In this document: positions 26,346-37,905 of the stretch, in pieces
Position numbering within the stretch: position 1 is the stretch's first letter
Layout: every line of letters begins with the position of its first letter
Assembly (NCBI RefSeq): GCF_003018255.1
Contig: NZ_CP027440.1
Direction: 5' to 3' (one strand)
Length of the DNA stretch: 64,000 nt
Origin: Escherichia coli
Lineage (GTDB): Bacteria; Pseudomonadota; Gammaproteobacteria; Enterobacterales; Enterobacteriaceae
Program-made: the position numbers and the translations under genes
Notes under the pieces: generated by a model
Database searches by the model: none
What the model was told of the DNA's origin: nothing
Seen by the model: the letters and a program-made list of their open reading frames with translations, nothing else

Positions 26346-26652
26346 TTTGACGCCACCAACACCCGAGCTGTTATTATGTTCCGGGCAAAAAGTTAGATTT
26401 GATAATCGCGGATGGACGAAATTGCTTGATACACCCGCTTATCAGTTTTACATGGAAGCTCTGATGCATTGAGTCTGGACAGTTTTGTCGGCTGGATAAG
26501 GCATTTACGCGGCATCTGGCAAGAACACATGGCTCGTTGTAAACAATCCCATCTTTGTACCTGGAATAATCGTTTATATCCCCTGGCATTACCTTTCTTT
26601 GTTTACATTCCAACATCATTTTATAAACATTCTGCTTGTATTTTTCTTTACC

Positions 26653-26671
26653 GTAATGATAATCGCTATCA
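26653..26671. promoter_or_regulatory. Fur box upstream of efeU
   Basis: gtaatgataatcgctatca matches GATAATGATAATCATTATC at 14 of 16 core positions, about 60 bp upstream of efeU. Confidence 0.7.
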
Positions 26672-26729
26672 CTGCGATTTACTTTTCTTTGCATAGATTG
26701 ACTCAGAAAAACGTTTAAGGGTGGGTGGC

Positions 26730-27560
26730 ATGTTTGTTCCGTTTCTCATTATGTTGCGCGAAGGACTTGAAGCCGCGCTGATTGTCAGTTTGATTGCCAG
26801 CTATCTTAAGCGTACCCAGCGAGGCCGATGGATTGGTGTGATGTGGATTGGCGTGCTGTTTGCCGCTGCGTTGTGCCTGGGCTTGGGTATCTTCATTAAC
26901 GAAACCACCGGCGAATTTCCGCAAAAAGAACAGGAACTGTTTGAAGGTATCGTGGCGGTGATCGCCGTGGTGATCCTTACCTGGATGGTTTTCTGGATGC
27001 GCAAAGTGTCGCGCAACGTCAAAGTGCAACTGGAACAGGCAGTCGATAGCGCATTGCAGCGTGGAAATCATCATGGCTGGGCGCTGGTGATGATGGTCTT
27101 TTTTGCCGTTGCAAGGGAAGGGCTGGAGTCGGTCTTTTTCCTGCTGGCGGCGTTTCAACAAGATGTCGGGATCTGGCCGCCGCTGGGTGCAATGCTCGGT
27201 CTTGCTACAGCCGTGGTGCTCGGCTTCCTGCTCTACTGGGGCGGTATTCGCCTCAATCTTGGTGCATTTTTTAAATGGACCAGCCTGTTTATTCTCTTCG
27301 TCGCCGCAGGGCTGGCGGCTGGTGCCATTCGCGCATTTCATGAAGCCGGATTGTGGAACCACTTTCAGGAAATCGCCTTCGATATGAGTGCGGTGCTCTC
27401 AACTCACTCGCTGTTTGGCACGCTGATGGAAGGGGTTTTTGGCTATCAGGAAGCGCCGAGCGTCAGCGAAGTCGCCGTCTGGTTTATTTATCTCATCCCG
27501 GCGCTGGTGGCATTTGCTCTGCCACCACGCGCAGGGGCGACAGCGTCTCGCTCCGCGTAA
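26730..27560 (+). CDS. efeU: ferrous iron permease EfeU (276 aa, FTR1/OFeT family), apparently intact
   Basis: Continuous ORF (track 26721..27560, ATG at 26730 MFVPFLIMLREGLE) containing both REGLE motifs; no frameshift visible. Confidence 0.88.
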   Translation: MFVPFLIMLREGLEAALIVSLIASYLKRTQRGRWIGVMWIGVLFAAALCLGLGIFINETTGEFPQKEQELFEGIVAVIAVVILTWMVFWMRKVSRNVKVQLEQAVDSALQRGNHHGWALVMMVFFAVAREGLESVFFLLAAFQQDVGIWPPLGAMLGLATAVVLGFLLYWGGIRLNLGAFFKWTSLFILFVAAGLAAGAIRAFHEAGLWNHFQEIAFDMSAVLSTHSLFGTLMEGVFGYQEAPSVSEVAVWFIYLIPALVAFALPPRAGATASRSA

Positions 27561-27617
27561 CAAATACGACGCAAACTCTTGCTTAGTTACAACATACTTT
27601 AAAGGGATAGTCTCGTC

Positions 27618-28745
27618 ATGACCATTAACTTCCGCCGTAACGCATTGCAGTTTAGCGTGGCTGCGCTGTTCTCTTCTGCTTTTATGGCTAACGCCGCTGA
27701 TATTCCGCAGGTCAAAGTCACTGTGACAGATAAACAGTGCGAACCGATGACCATTACGGTTAACGCCGGGAAAACACAGTTCATTATTCAGAACCACAGC
27801 CAGAAGGCGCTGGAGTGGGAGATCCTCAAAGGCGTGATGGTGGTGGAAGAGCGGGAAAATATCGCCCCTGGTTTTAGCCAGAAAATGACGGCGAATTTAC
27901 AGCCTGGCGAATACGATATGACCTGCGGTCTGCTGACTAACCCGAAAGGGAAGTTGATCGTCAAAGGTGAGGCAACGGCGGATGCGGCGCAAAGTGATGC
28001 GCTGTTAAGTCTTGGTGGTGCAATTACTGCATATAAAGCGTATGTCATGGCGGAAACCACACAGCTGGTGACCGACACCAAAGCCTTTACCGACGCGATT
28101 AAAGCAGGCGATATCGAAAAAGCGAAAGCACTGTATGCGCCGACGCGCCAGCACTATGAGCGCATTGAACCGATTGCTGAACTGTTCTCCGATCTGGATG
28201 GCAGCATTGACGCCCGTGAAGATGATTACGAGCAAAAAGCCGCCGATCCGAAATTCACCGGTTTCCACCGTCTGGAAAAAGCATTGTTTGGCGATAACAC
28301 CACCAAAGGGATGGATAAGTATGCCGACCAGCTTTATACCGATGTGATCGATTTGCAAAAACGCATCAGTGAACTGGCTTTCCCTCCTTCAAAAGTGGTC
28401 GGCGGTGCAGCCGGACTGATTGAGGAAGTGGCGGCCAGCAAAATCAGCGGTGAAGAAGATCGCTACAGCCACACCGATCTGTGGGATTTCCAGGCTAACG
28501 TTGAAGGCTCGCAGAAAATTGTCGATCTGCTGCGTCCACAACTACAAAAAGTGAATCCGGAACTGTTGGCAAAAGTCGATGCCAACTTCATAAAGGTCGA
28601 TACCATTCTGGCGAAATACCGTACTAAAGACGGTTTTGAAAATTACGACAAACTGACCGATGCTGACCGGAATGCACTGAAAGGACCGATTACTGCGCTG
28701 GCGGAAGATCTGGCGCAACTTCGCGGTGTGCTGGGGCTGGACTAA
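27618..28745 (+). CDS. efeO: periplasmic iron uptake component EfeO (375 aa, cupredoxin + M75 peptidase-like)
   Basis: 375-aa ORF with signal peptide [26 protein letters not shown]. Confidence 0.93.
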   Translation: MTINFRRNALQFSVAALFSSAFMANAADIPQVKVTVTDKQCEPMTITVNAGKTQFIIQNHSQKALEWEILKGVMVVEERENIAPGFSQKMTANLQPGEYDMTCGLLTNPKGKLIVKGEATADAAQSDALLSLGGAITAYKAYVMAETTQLVTDTKAFTDAIKAGDIEKAKALYAPTRQHYERIEPIAELFSDLDGSIDAREDDYEQKAADPKFTGFHRLEKALFGDNTTKGMDKYADQLYTDVIDLQKRISELAFPPSKVVGGAAGLIEEVAASKISGEEDRYSHTDLWDFQANVEGSQKIVDLLRPQLQKVNPELLAKVDANFIKVDTILAKYRTKDGFENYDKLTDADRNALKGPITALAEDLAQLRGVLGLD

Positions 28746-28750
28746 GCGTT

Positions 28751-30022
28751 ATGCAGTATGAAGATGAAAACGGCGTGAATGAACCGTCACGCCGACGTTT
28801 ACTGAAAGGGATTGGTGCGCTGGCGCTGGCGGGAAGTTGTCCGGTCGCTCATGCACAAAAAACGCAAAGTGCGCCGGGTACGCTTTCACCGGATGCACGC
28901 AATGAGAAACAGCCGTTTTATGGTGAGCATCAGGCAGGGATCCTGACGCCACAACAGGCTGCAATGATGCTGGTGGCGTTTGATGTGCTTGCCAGCGATA
29001 AAGCCGATCTTGAACGGTTGTTTCGCTTGTTGACTCAGCGTTTTGCTTTTCTGACTCAGGGCGGAGCGGCACCAGAAACGCCAAATCCGCGCCTGCCACC
29101 ACTCGATTCCGGCATTCTTGGCGGCTACATTGCGCCCGATAATCTCACCATAACGTTATCGGTGGGCCACTCATTGTTTGATGAGCGCTTTGGCCTTGCG
29201 CCACAGATGCCGAAAAAGTTGCAGAAGATGACGCGTTTCCCCAACGACTCGCTGGATGCGGCGTTATGTCATGGTGATGTGTTGCTACAAATTTGCGCCA
29301 ACACCCAGGACACGGTGATCCATGCGCTGCGCGATATCATCAAACACACGCCGGATTTGCTCAGCGTGCGCTGGAAGCGGGAAGGGTTTATTTCCGACCA
29401 CGCGGCGCGTAGTAAAGGTAAAGAGACACCGATTAATTTGCTGGGTTTCAAAGACGGCACTGCCAATCCCGATAGCCAGAATGCGAAGTTGATGCAAAAA
29501 GTGGTGTGGGTGACGGCAGATCAGCAGGAGCCTGCGTGGACAATCGGTGGTAGCTACCAGGCGGTGCGGTTGATTCAGTTTCGGGTGGAATTTTGGGACA
29601 GAACGCCGCTGAAAGAACAGCAGACGATATTTGGGCGTGATAAGCAAACCGGCGCGCCGCTGGGAATGCAGCATGAGCATGATGTGCCTGATTACGCCAG
29701 CGATCCGGAGGGGAAGGTGATCGCGCTGGACAGCCATATCCGGCTGGCGAATCCCCGCACGCCAGAGAGTGAGTCAAGTCTGATGCTGCGTCGTGGCTAC
29801 AGTTATTCGTTGGGCGTCACCAATTCCGGGCAACTCGATATGGGGCTACTGTTTGTCTGCTACCAACACGATCTGGAAAAGGGCTTCCTGACAGTACAAA
29901 AAAGGTTGAATGGAGAGGCGCTGGAGGAATATGTCAAACCTATCGGTGGCGGCTATTTCTTTGCGCTGCCGGGTGTGAAGGACGCGAACGATTATCTCGG
30001 AAGCGCATTATTGCGGGTTTAA
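28751..30022 (+). CDS. efeB: Dyp-type peroxidase / deferrochelatase EfeB (423 aa, Tat substrate)
   Basis: 423-aa ORF with twin-arginine signal [16 protein letters not shown]. Confidence 0.93.
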   Translation: MQYEDENGVNEPSRRRLLKGIGALALAGSCPVAHAQKTQSAPGTLSPDARNEKQPFYGEHQAGILTPQQAAMMLVAFDVLASDKADLERLFRLLTQRFAFLTQGGAAPETPNPRLPPLDSGILGGYIAPDNLTITLSVGHSLFDERFGLAPQMPKKLQKMTRFPNDSLDAALCHGDVLLQICANTQDTVIHALRDIIKHTPDLLSVRWKREGFISDHAARSKGKETPINLLGFKDGTANPDSQNAKLMQKVVWVTADQQEPAWTIGGSYQAVRLIQFRVEFWDRTPLKEQQTIFGRDKQTGAPLGMQHEHDVPDYASDPEGKVIALDSHIRLANPRTPESESSLMLRRGYSYSLGVTNSGQLDMGLLFVCYQHDLEKGFLTVQKRLNGEALEEYVKPIGGGYFFALPGVKDANDYLGSALLRV

Positions 30023-30028
30023 TGTTTT

Positions 30029-30157
30029 TAGGCGGATAAGGCGTTTACGCCGCACCAGGCGTTCGTGCGCTGATGCGACGCTTGCGCGTCTTATCATGCC
30101 TACAATCGGTGCGGGTTCGGTAGGCCGGATAAGGCGTTCACGCCGCATCCGGCAAGC
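30029..30157. repeat. REP/BIME cluster (three REP units) downstream of efeB
   Basis: ggcggataaggcgtttacgccgcaccaggc ... gatgcgacgcttgcgcgtcttatcatgcctac ... taggccggataaggcgttcacgccgcatccggca. Confidence 0.85.
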
Positions 30158-30205
30158 TTTTACCAGTACTGCGAATCCTGCTGAAAGCACACAGCTTTTT
30201 TATCA

Positions 30206-30223
30206 CTGTCATCACTTTGTCAT
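30206..30223 (+). promoter_or_regulatory. Pho box (PhoB binding site) in the phoH promoter
   Basis: CTGTCAT-cact-TTGTCAT direct repeats with 4-bp spacer. Confidence 0.75.
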
Positions 30224-30647
30224 CTTTCCAGTAGAAACTAATGTCACTGAAATGGTGTTTTATGGTTAAATATAAGTGAATATATTGTTGCAATGAATGC
30301 GAGATCTGGTGTAATTATTAAGTAGCAGCGGAAGTTCCCGGCAGTGATAGTCAGTCACTATGGAGATCGCGGATGGTAACGTCCTGTACTGGACAATGTT
30401 TTGTTAAGCAAGGCTCCACCACTCGCGGAGATTTCTCCTCCGGTAGCAACTTCGTCACTCTGTATTTTTCTCACTTCCTCTCTTTACTCGTGTTACCGAC
30501 GCCGCAAACGGTGTGCGTAGCCGTTTTTCGGCATTTTATCCAAAAGCAAACTATGGCTTACAAGGAAGCCAACCCTCTGATGTTCGTGCGCATAATCGCG
30601 CTGCCAACGGCGCGTGTGATGAATACAAACAACTCAAGGTGCTCTCC

Positions 30648-31436
30648 ATGGGAAGACAAAAAGCAGTGATCAAAGCTCGTCGCGAGGCAAAACGTGTGCT
30701 GAGACGGGATTCGCGCAGCCATAAGCAGCGTGAAGAAGAATCGGTCACCTCGCTTGTGCAAATGAGCGGCGTAGAAGCCATTGGTATGGCCCGCGATAGT
30801 CGCGATACCTCGCCCATCCTCGCGCGAAATGAAGCGCAATTGCACTATCTGAAGGCTATTGAGAGTAAGCAGCTGATATTCGCCACGGGCGAAGCCGGGT
30901 GCGGAAAAACCTGGATCAGCGCAGCAAAAGCGGCAGAGGCCCTGATACATAAGGATGTCGACAGGATTATCGTCACCCGTCCAGTTCTGCAAGCCGATGA
31001 AGATCTTGGCTTCTTACCTGGTGATATCGCAGAAAAGTTTGCTCCCTATTTTCGCCCGGTCTACGACGTGCTGGTTCGGCGCTTAGGGGCTTCCTTTATG
31101 CAGTACTGCCTGCGACCGGAAATAGGGAAGGTGGAAATTGCGCCGTTCGCCTATATGCGTGGACGTACCTTTGAAAATGCAGTCGTCATTCTTGACGAGG
31201 CGCAGAATGTGACTGCCGCGCAAATGAAAATGTTTTTAACCCGCCTCGGGGAGAACGTGACGGTTATCGTCAACGGTGATATCACGCAATGCGATTTGCC
31301 TCGCGGCGTGCGCTCCGGATTAAGTGACGCGCTGGAACGTTTCGAAGAAGATGAAATGGTCGGGATCGTCCGATTCGGTAAAGAGAATTGCGTACGTTCG
31401 GCACTTTGCCAACGTACGCTACATGCATACAGTTAA
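30648..31436 (+). CDS. phoH: phosphate-starvation-inducible ATPase PhoH (262-aa form)
   Basis: ATG at 30648 (MGRQKAVIKARREAKR); Walker A GEAGCGKT; the same frame is open upstream (track ORF from 30513), consistent with a longer isoform. Confidence 0.85.
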   Translation: MGRQKAVIKARREAKRVLRRDSRSHKQREEESVTSLVQMSGVEAIGMARDSRDTSPILARNEAQLHYLKAIESKQLIFATGEAGCGKTWISAAKAAEALIHKDVDRIIVTRPVLQADEDLGFLPGDIAEKFAPYFRPVYDVLVRRLGASFMQYCLRPEIGKVEIAPFAYMRGRTFENAVVILDEAQNVTAAQMKMFLTRLGENVTVIVNGDITQCDLPRGVRSGLSDALERFEEDEMVGIVRFGKENCVRSALCQRTLHAYS

Positions 31437-31453
31437 GTGTATTATCGGCGCAG

Positions 31454-31479
31454 AGCCCGGGCGAACCGGGCTTTGTTTT
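31454..31479 (+). terminator. rho-independent terminator after phoH
   Basis: agcccgg-gcgaa-ccgggct hairpin followed by ttgtttt. Confidence 0.7.
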
Positions 31480-31485
31480 GGGTGT

Positions 31486-31899
31486 TTATACCCGGACTAG
31501 CGTTTTTTCTGAAACCACCATTTTTATTTGTCCCTGACTGGTGAAGTGTACGCTCATCCTGTGGCTTTTTTGTAGTTGCTGATAAAGCTCATCAGGTATT
31601 GCTAAGCTCTCTGCATATTCTTGCGGCGTATATTGGTATGCTGCATGATGCTGCTGTTTTTTAAAACGCAGCTTATTGTACAATGCCCAGACGATTAACA
31701 CGACGGCATTCGCCACTGCCAGCAAAAAATAGAACTGAAGTCGGCTTCTGGCCTCGCTTTGCCAGTAATAACCCGTCAGCAGATCAATGGCGAATAAGAA
31801 TATGAACAAAGCAAATAATGTCCACAAGATGGTTGTGGCAACATAATCAACCAGTAAACGTACTGGCGATTGTCGGGTCGTAATAATTAGATTGTTCAT
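31486..31899 (-). CDS. pgaD: PNAG synthase accessory subunit PgaD (137 aa)
   Basis: 137-aa membrane [29 protein letters not shown]. Confidence 0.92.
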   Translation of the reverse strand: MNNLIITTRQSPVRLLVDYVATTILWTLFALFIFLFAIDLLTGYYWQSEARSRLQFYFLLAVANAVVLIVWALYNKLRFKKQQHHAAYQYTPQEYAESLAIPDELYQQLQKSHRMSVHFTSQGQIKMVVSEKTLVRV

Positions 31900-31900
31900 A

Positions 31901-33226
31901 TTAACCTCTCAGAATCCCACGATCGGGACTTACCCAACGAGCGCGTTGTTTTTTAGGCATCAACATGACTCGTGTAAATGATACCAATGTCGTTGCCAGG
32001 CTTAGCATCCAGAAAATAACCGGAAACCAAATAATCCAGAAAAGCGATGAAGCCAGATTGTGCTCATAGCGATTCTCAATTACCAGACTGACAATAAATT
32101 GCAGTAAACATAACGTGCACAATAATATTCCGGCAGTATGTGTCGCTGCGATATGTGTCAATTCAATATTTAACGGTACACCTGCAAGTTGGACTGCGTA
32201 AATAATGAAACCGACCAGGCAGGTAAAGGCCCATATTGTCGTCAGGCAGTATTCAAAAAACAGTGGCCACATTCGAAAGTTTTCTTTTCGCCACAACCTT
32301 GTCATATTTTTGAGGAATACTTCTGCACCGCCCTGAGCCCAGCGCAGGCGCTGTTTCCACAGCCCTTTTAACGTTTCAGGCATTAATATCCAGCACAGCG
32401 CCCGTGGCTCGTAAAAAATCGTCCACTGATTCAACTGCAGCTTCCAGCTAATATCAATATCTTCGGTGATCATATCGTCACTCCAGTAACCCACTTCTGC
32501 CAGGGCGCTGCGACGAAATGCGGCAATAACACCGGAAACGGTAAATACATTTCCATAGATACGCTGGGTCCGCTTGATCAAACCAATAATTGAGGAATAC
32601 TCGCCAACCTGAATTTTACCCACTAGGGTAGAACGTGTGCGAATACGAGGATTACCGGTTACGGCACCCACACGTGGGTTGTACAACATCGGTTCCACAA
32701 TATATGCCGCTGCATCGCGGTCTAATAACGCGTCGCCATCAATGCACACCAGATATTCACTTTTCGCCGCGGCAGCTCCGGTTTTAAGCGCAATGGCTTT
32801 CCCCTGGTTTTGCGCCAGATGAATGACCCGCAGACGGGGAATTTGTGCAGCCATGCGATCCAGGATGGCACGGGTTTTGTCTGTTGAACCATCATTTACG
32901 GCAATAACTTCAATGTTCTCATAACGCTGTGCTAAAGCGGCATGTATGGTTTCCTCAACGTTTTTCTCCTCATTAAAACAGGGAATGATAATGGAGATAG
33001 ATGGATTATCTTTCAACTGGGGGGCTGGTGCGTTTTCTCCCCACGGCCAGTGGCGTTCACGATAGACCCAGAAATAGACGCCGCCAATAATCCACATAAT
33101 GGACATAAAAAACGGCCAGAAGAAAACGAACCTCATCATCAGTTCACCAGAGTGAAAGTACGCTACGCATAGAGGTATGCATAACACCAGACATAATATA
33201 AAAAACGATACGATGCGATTAATCAT
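31901..33226 (-). CDS. pgaC: poly-beta-1,6-N-acetylglucosamine synthase PgaC (441 aa, GT2)
   Basis: 441-aa ORF with GT2 motifs ([18 protein letters not shown]); overlaps pgaB stop. Confidence 0.95.
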   Translation of the reverse strand: MINRIVSFFILCLVLCIPLCVAYFHSGELMMRFVFFWPFFMSIMWIIGGVYFWVYRERHWPWGENAPAPQLKDNPSISIIIPCFNEEKNVEETIHAALAQRYENIEVIAVNDGSTDKTRAILDRMAAQIPRLRVIHLAQNQGKAIALKTGAAAAKSEYLVCIDGDALLDRDAAAYIVEPMLYNPRVGAVTGNPRIRTRSTLVGKIQVGEYSSIIGLIKRTQRIYGNVFTVSGVIAAFRRSALAEVGYWSDDMITEDIDISWKLQLNQWTIFYEPRALCWILMPETLKGLWKQRLRWAQGGAEVFLKNMTRLWRKENFRMWPLFFEYCLTTIWAFTCLVGFIIYAVQLAGVPLNIELTHIAATHTAGILLCTLCLLQFIVSLVIENRYEHNLASSLFWIIWFPVIFWMLSLATTLVSFTRVMLMPKKQRARWVSPDRGILRG

Positions 33227-35237
33227 TTTTCGGATACCAGGCTGTTGAAAACTCAGGACGAATAACGTCTATTTCAGGTTGGTTATGCAGAAAATTGTCG
33301 GGATAATAACCATAATTTTTCACTCCATTCAGTTGTAATAGGCTCATCCAGTGAGCGAGTTGTTGTGAAGAAATAGCCTGATGCTGACCATTTTTCTGCC
33401 AGTTTTGTGCCTGTAATTCTAAAATTGATTTGTCTTTAGCCTGCGGGATGCTTTTCATCTGATTGGTCAATTGTGTTAACCATTGATCAGCCGATTTTTC
33501 TGTGACGCCTTCCATATAAGGCATAGCCATAATAGCGGTCCAGTCATAGCTTTTTAGGAAATCAGCATAATTCTGTGCAAACCAAGCTTCACTTTCAGGT
33601 TGTATTACCGGAAGTGCAAAAATATTTCGTGCAGTTTTAACATGTGGACCACGAATGGCTTTTACGCGCGCACTAAGTTCTAAAGTGAAGTCAGTTAACG
33701 CACGACTTTTAAAGCGGGTCCACTGTTTGAATTGCTCCGGGTTTTGTCGAATTTCGCTCAGACTCCCGCTAAAGCCAGCTTGCTGATAAGCCGCGATAGC
33801 CGCTGCACTGGCATCTTCATAATCTGAAAGCAAAGCATCATCGTGGAACAATATGCCATCAAAAGCAGCATGTCCGGCAAGATCATCATATAACATGCCA
33901 ACTTGTGCTCTGACCCTGTCATCGAAAGGGGAGAGACGGCGGTATTGTTCAGGATGAATTTGTGCTTTTTTCTCCCCAGTTGGTAAGTATTTTACTCGCG
34001 TTAATGTGGGATCTAAATCCCAGCTTAATACCGGCATCCACGCATAGATGTTTACACCTGAGCGGGTACGCAATTGCCAGGCAACCCGACTAAAAATATC
34101 TGCTTTCATTGGTAGCAAACGATTTGGAAACCAGACCTCTTTAACCAGCCCATCACCATCGGGATCAGCAAATGCTTGTAAATACACGGTAGATATTTGC
34201 ATATCTTTTACCCTCTGAATTAGCACATCAATATTGCGATCCATTTGCTGGCGGTTTTCGTCATAAATGTAATCAAGATCGATATGCATTACCCGTTGTA
34301 GTGGTTTTTCCTGTACGGTAATAATTTGCTGGGCAAACTCTTTTAATGAGGGATTATTGGCGATTAATACTCGCGGAATGGAATCTAATTGCGACGCATT
34401 TGCCAAACCTGATTCAAGGGTGAAGAACATGTCATAACCGAGTTTTTTTAATTCCGCGATTGCTATGCCATTCGCTTCGCCATAAGGCCAAACAAAAACG
34501 TGTGGATTTACCTCAGCCTTTGTACGCAGGTATTCCGTCATTTTTACAGCATCCAGACGAATTCTTTCCCGGTATTCTGCTGCGGTTTCATACCGTGCGT
34601 GGTCAGTAAAATATGCACGATTTACATATACAGGCAATAAGCTGCCGGTGGCATTAGCCTGAATACCGTAGTGAGAATTCCATGTATGAGAAGCGACCTC
34701 AACGAGCCGGGAACGCGCAACTTCTCGCACTTGTTGCCACGTGGCAAAATATTCTCGACTGACCATCTCATCGCCAAATTTTACTTGTTCATCCGCTGGC
34801 GTATCGACCCAACTGCCGACGGGGGCCCATACAGCAGGCCACTGGAAGGCCTGAAGAATTGGGAAGACGCGGGTATAAAAACTCTGGTAGCCGTCATCAA
34901 AAGTCAGCACTACTGCTTTTTCCGGTAGCGGTTTTCCTCCTCGATGTGCTTCACGAATTTGAGCAATACTGACCGGTTGATAACCGTTCTCGCGCAGCCA
35001 GGCAAATTGTTCACGCAGTGCTGATGTCCGCACTGACATAAAACGCTGGTCGGCAGCTTCGTCTTCAACGTTATGCCATGAAATCGCCACAAAACCATTA
35101 TGCGGCCACGGTTGCTCGGCGAGTAAAGATTCGCGATCCTGTGGCGGTATAAATGATGTTCTTGACTGGCTAATGCACGCAGTGAGCATAATTATACTCA
35201 CCAGCATCAGGATATATTTATTTCCATTACGTAACAT
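33219..35237 (-). CDS. pgaB: PNAG N-deacetylase lipoprotein PgaB (672 aa)
   Basis: 672-aa ORF with lipobox (LTACIS) and polysaccharide deacetylase domain. Confidence 0.95.
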   Translation of the reverse strand: MLRNGNKYILMLVSIIMLTACISQSRTSFIPPQDRESLLAEQPWPHNGFVAISWHNVEDEAADQRFMSVRTSALREQFAWLRENGYQPVSIAQIREAHRGGKPLPEKAVVLTFDDGYQSFYTRVFPILQAFQWPAVWAPVGSWVDTPADEQVKFGDEMVSREYFATWQQVREVARSRLVEVASHTWNSHYGIQANATGSLLPVYVNRAYFTDHARYETAAEYRERIRLDAVKMTEYLRTKAEVNPHVFVWPYGEANGIAIAELKKLGYDMFFTLESGLANASQLDSIPRVLIANNPSLKEFAQQIITVQEKPLQRVMHIDLDYIYDENRQQMDRNIDVLIQRVKDMQISTVYLQAFADPDGDGLVKEVWFPNRLLPMKADIFSRVAWQLRTRSGVNIYAWMPVLSWDLDPTLTRVKYLPTGEKKAQIHPEQYRRLSPFDDRVRAQVGMLYDDLAGHAAFDGILFHDDALLSDYEDASAAAIAAYQQAGFSGSLSEIRQNPEQFKQWTRFKSRALTDFTLELSARVKAIRGPHVKTARNIFALPVIQPESEAWFAQNYADFLKSYDWTAIMAMPYMEGVTEKSADQWLTQLTNQMKSIPQAKDKSILELQAQNWQKNGQHQAISSQQLAHWMSLLQLNGVKNYGYYPDNFLHNQPEIDVIRPEFSTAWYPKND

Positions 35238-35245
35238 ATTTATCC

Positions 35246-37669
35246 TTAAAATCTGAATGTCATATCGAATTCAACGTATAAGTTGTGTTCTCTGTCACCG
35301 TCATAAGGTCGTTTTTCCCAGCGTAGCGTTGCGCCAGCATCAATCACGTCATTCCAGCTAATACGTTGCCCGTAGCCGAGTTGGGTGACGACATCCGTGC
35401 CATAATGTTTTTGCCAGGAGGCACCAACACCTGCGCTGAAGATTTGCTCCCAGCTATTTTCATAGCTTCGCCATAACAAATGACTTGCCTCAAATGCCGG
35501 AACAATATCGAACGTTTTTATAGGGTTGTAGTATGGAGTGTCGTGTTCTGTATTTTGTTCGTAATACAGATTGGGTAGGAAATCGACAATCAAATATGGT
35601 GAAGACCAGATGCGTTCCTGACCCTCAAGTGAGACTTCCTGACGCTGGTTACTGTCGGAAAAATCAGTGAAAGCCCAGGAGACACCGTACTTACGCCGCT
35701 CATTTTGATACCAGCGAACATAAGCCTGAGCACTGTTGCCTGTAACACCATTTTTCATTGCCCGTAATGGAACGCGGTGAGAGAGGCGTTCCAGTTGCGA
35801 ACCAATACGCCAGTTATCATTAAAATCATACCAGCCAGACAGGCGCGCGCCGGGTTTATGCTCATGATTGAAAACGCGTTCAGCGTACTCCGCCTCGAGC
35901 CAGATATTACGTGACCGCCACTCAACACCCGCCAGCCAGTCGCGAACAATCCCTTTTCCTTCGCTAAATTGTCCATCGGCATAACCGAATCCAGCAAAAC
36001 CGCGCCAGTTATCCTTCAGCGGTGGTGAATAAACGATGGTGGTTAAGTCGACATCATGTTTACCACTATCCGGGCCTTCGGCATCAATTCCTGTTGAACC
36101 AGCTATACGAAGCTCTGCAAGATTATGTACATCAACCGCACGTTTTAAACGTACAACGCCGGGATCTTGCGGTTCACGTTCGACAACATCGTGCGTTAAG
36201 ACAGCTGCCTGCTGCCATTCTTGTAACGTTAATGCTGTCCATGCTTGTTCAACCTCCAGATTAATATTACGTGGCTCGATCACTTCTGCTTTTTTTAATT
36301 CATTTTCTGCTGCACGAGGCCAACCGCGGGCTTGTAACACACTCGCGTAATCAATGCGCAGTCCCTGATTTCCTGGTGCGTTATAAGCAAGCTCTCTGGC
36401 TATCATTTCAGCCTGAGGAAGATCATTACTATATTTTGCTACGGTTGAGAGAAACGAATGCCCCTGTAACCAGGTATCATTCGGGATGCTCGTAGGCGTG
36501 CCCATTAACCGAAGGAAAGGCGGCGAAGTATTAATGGTATGTTGGGTGACAGTTAGCGCGCCGGGATAATTTTCACTCTCCAGGTGGCTGTAAAAGAGAT
36601 CCGCAAGTTCTTCATCGGATAAATCCGGGGCAATGGTCTCCTTGTGATAAAAGAGCTCTGTCATTATTGACTGTGCTTTTTTTGGCTGCTGTTCTTTGAG
36701 ATAAGCCGACGCAACCCAATATTGCGCCCAGGGCGGAATAATTTGCCTCGTATTTTTTAAACGCTGATAGTGAGAAATAACGTCTTTATAACGATCGCGA
36801 GTTAATAACGCGCCAAGATGATCAACCTGAATACGCTGGTACTGGGCAGTGCGGTCTGAGTTATCGTGCCACAGAATTTCTAATGCAGCGTATTGGGCGA
36901 GGGCGCGATCGGCAATGGCATAACGTTCACTTTCACTGCGCGTAGGCATAAACGACAGTCTGATCAGTTCGGCATGAATATCAGCGCGAATATCTGGCGT
37001 TAAATTGGCATCGTCAATCGCGGCAGCTAGTTGATTATTACGTAATGCCTGCACGTATTCTGTGGGATATTGTTGCTTAGATGCATTTTCAGGTAATGAC
37101 TCTGTCATCGCCCGTAATTCATCCTGATGACGCCCCGTCAGTTTATAGATATAGGCTTCTGCGAGTAAATTGGCTTTGTCCGGCGCTCCAGATTTAAGCT
37201 GCTTAAGTTTAACCAGCGCAGTATCATAGTGACCCGCATCTGCCAGGGTTAAAATTTGTCCCCGTTGATAATCCTTATTTTGCGGCTCCAGAGAGAGCGC
37301 CTTTTGCCACAGTGTAAGCGAGTTTTGCCATTGTTGCAGGTTACGATAAGCGACGGCGACAGCTGCATAACCACGCGCTGGTAATTGCTGATGACGGTAG
37401 CGGCTGTAAACGGTAATGACCTGTTTATCTTGCCCGGCCCATAAGGCAATTTGTAACCAGTCAGCAATTTGGTTATTACTGAGTGTTGATTTTTGTGCAA
37501 ACCATGACAAAGCTGGCTGAGTATTTCCTTTGCGAGCTTCAATAATCAATGCATCATAGGCGTTATTAACAGCACTCTTCGCCGCGGGACTCGCTGCTAA
37601 AAATGCGGCAGTAAGAAGTTTCAAAGCCCATTTGGTTTTCGGGCACCTTTTTCTGCTACTTGAATACAT
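35246..37669 (-). CDS. pgaA: PNAG outer-membrane export porin PgaA (807 aa, TPR + beta-barrel)
   Basis: 807-aa ORF MYSSSRKRCPKTKWALKLLTAAFLAASPAAKSA. Confidence 0.95.
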   Translation of the reverse strand: MYSSSRKRCPKTKWALKLLTAAFLAASPAAKSAVNNAYDALIIEARKGNTQPALSWFAQKSTLSNNQIADWLQIALWAGQDKQVITVYSRYRHQQLPARGYAAVAVAYRNLQQWQNSLTLWQKALSLEPQNKDYQRGQILTLADAGHYDTALVKLKQLKSGAPDKANLLAEAYIYKLTGRHQDELRAMTESLPENASKQQYPTEYVQALRNNQLAAAIDDANLTPDIRADIHAELIRLSFMPTRSESERYAIADRALAQYAALEILWHDNSDRTAQYQRIQVDHLGALLTRDRYKDVISHYQRLKNTRQIIPPWAQYWVASAYLKEQQPKKAQSIMTELFYHKETIAPDLSDEELADLFYSHLESENYPGALTVTQHTINTSPPFLRLMGTPTSIPNDTWLQGHSFLSTVAKYSNDLPQAEMIARELAYNAPGNQGLRIDYASVLQARGWPRAAENELKKAEVIEPRNINLEVEQAWTALTLQEWQQAAVLTHDVVEREPQDPGVVRLKRAVDVHNLAELRIAGSTGIDAEGPDSGKHDVDLTTIVYSPPLKDNWRGFAGFGYADGQFSEGKGIVRDWLAGVEWRSRNIWLEAEYAERVFNHEHKPGARLSGWYDFNDNWRIGSQLERLSHRVPLRAMKNGVTGNSAQAYVRWYQNERRKYGVSWAFTDFSDSNQRQEVSLEGQERIWSSPYLIVDFLPNLYYEQNTEHDTPYYNPIKTFDIVPAFEASHLLWRSYENSWEQIFSAGVGASWQKHYGTDVVTQLGYGQRISWNDVIDAGATLRWEKRPYDGDREHNLYVEFDMTFRF

Positions 37670-37905
37670 CCTGTATTACTCCATGTATTGCCAAAATCTC
37701 TCTCTATATCTAATTACAGGTAACTGAAAAGAAAGATATTTTTGCATCTCATAATCCGTTATTAAACGCGGAAGAGACACGTGAATTGTTGATGATGAGA
37801 AGAAGAAATGATGAGCAGATTGTCCATATAAAATCCTTTTCTCGCCCGAAAATCCATTCCAATGATGAGGATCTTCAGGAATACGGCATAAATCCCAATG
37901 CCTTT
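37670..37905 (-). promoter_or_regulatory. long pgaA 5' leader carrying multiple GGA motifs (CsrA-binding type)
   Basis: Six or more GGA triplets on the transcribed strand, including one over the SD (AGGAUG at the start codon). Confidence 0.6.

Noticed and set aside
26139-26694. ORFs 26139..26396 (+) and 26374..26694 (-) in the putP-efeU intergenic region
   Set aside because: The first is created by the GC-rich palindromic element and is Ala/Arg/Gly-rich; the second overlaps the Fur box and efeU promoter; neither has an SD or recognisable fold
30372-30647. Longer 354-aa PhoH start about 92 codons upstream of 30648
   Set aside because: The codon at the position implied by that length (30372-30374) is gat, not a start codon, so I could not place it; only the 262-aa form and the open upstream frame are reported
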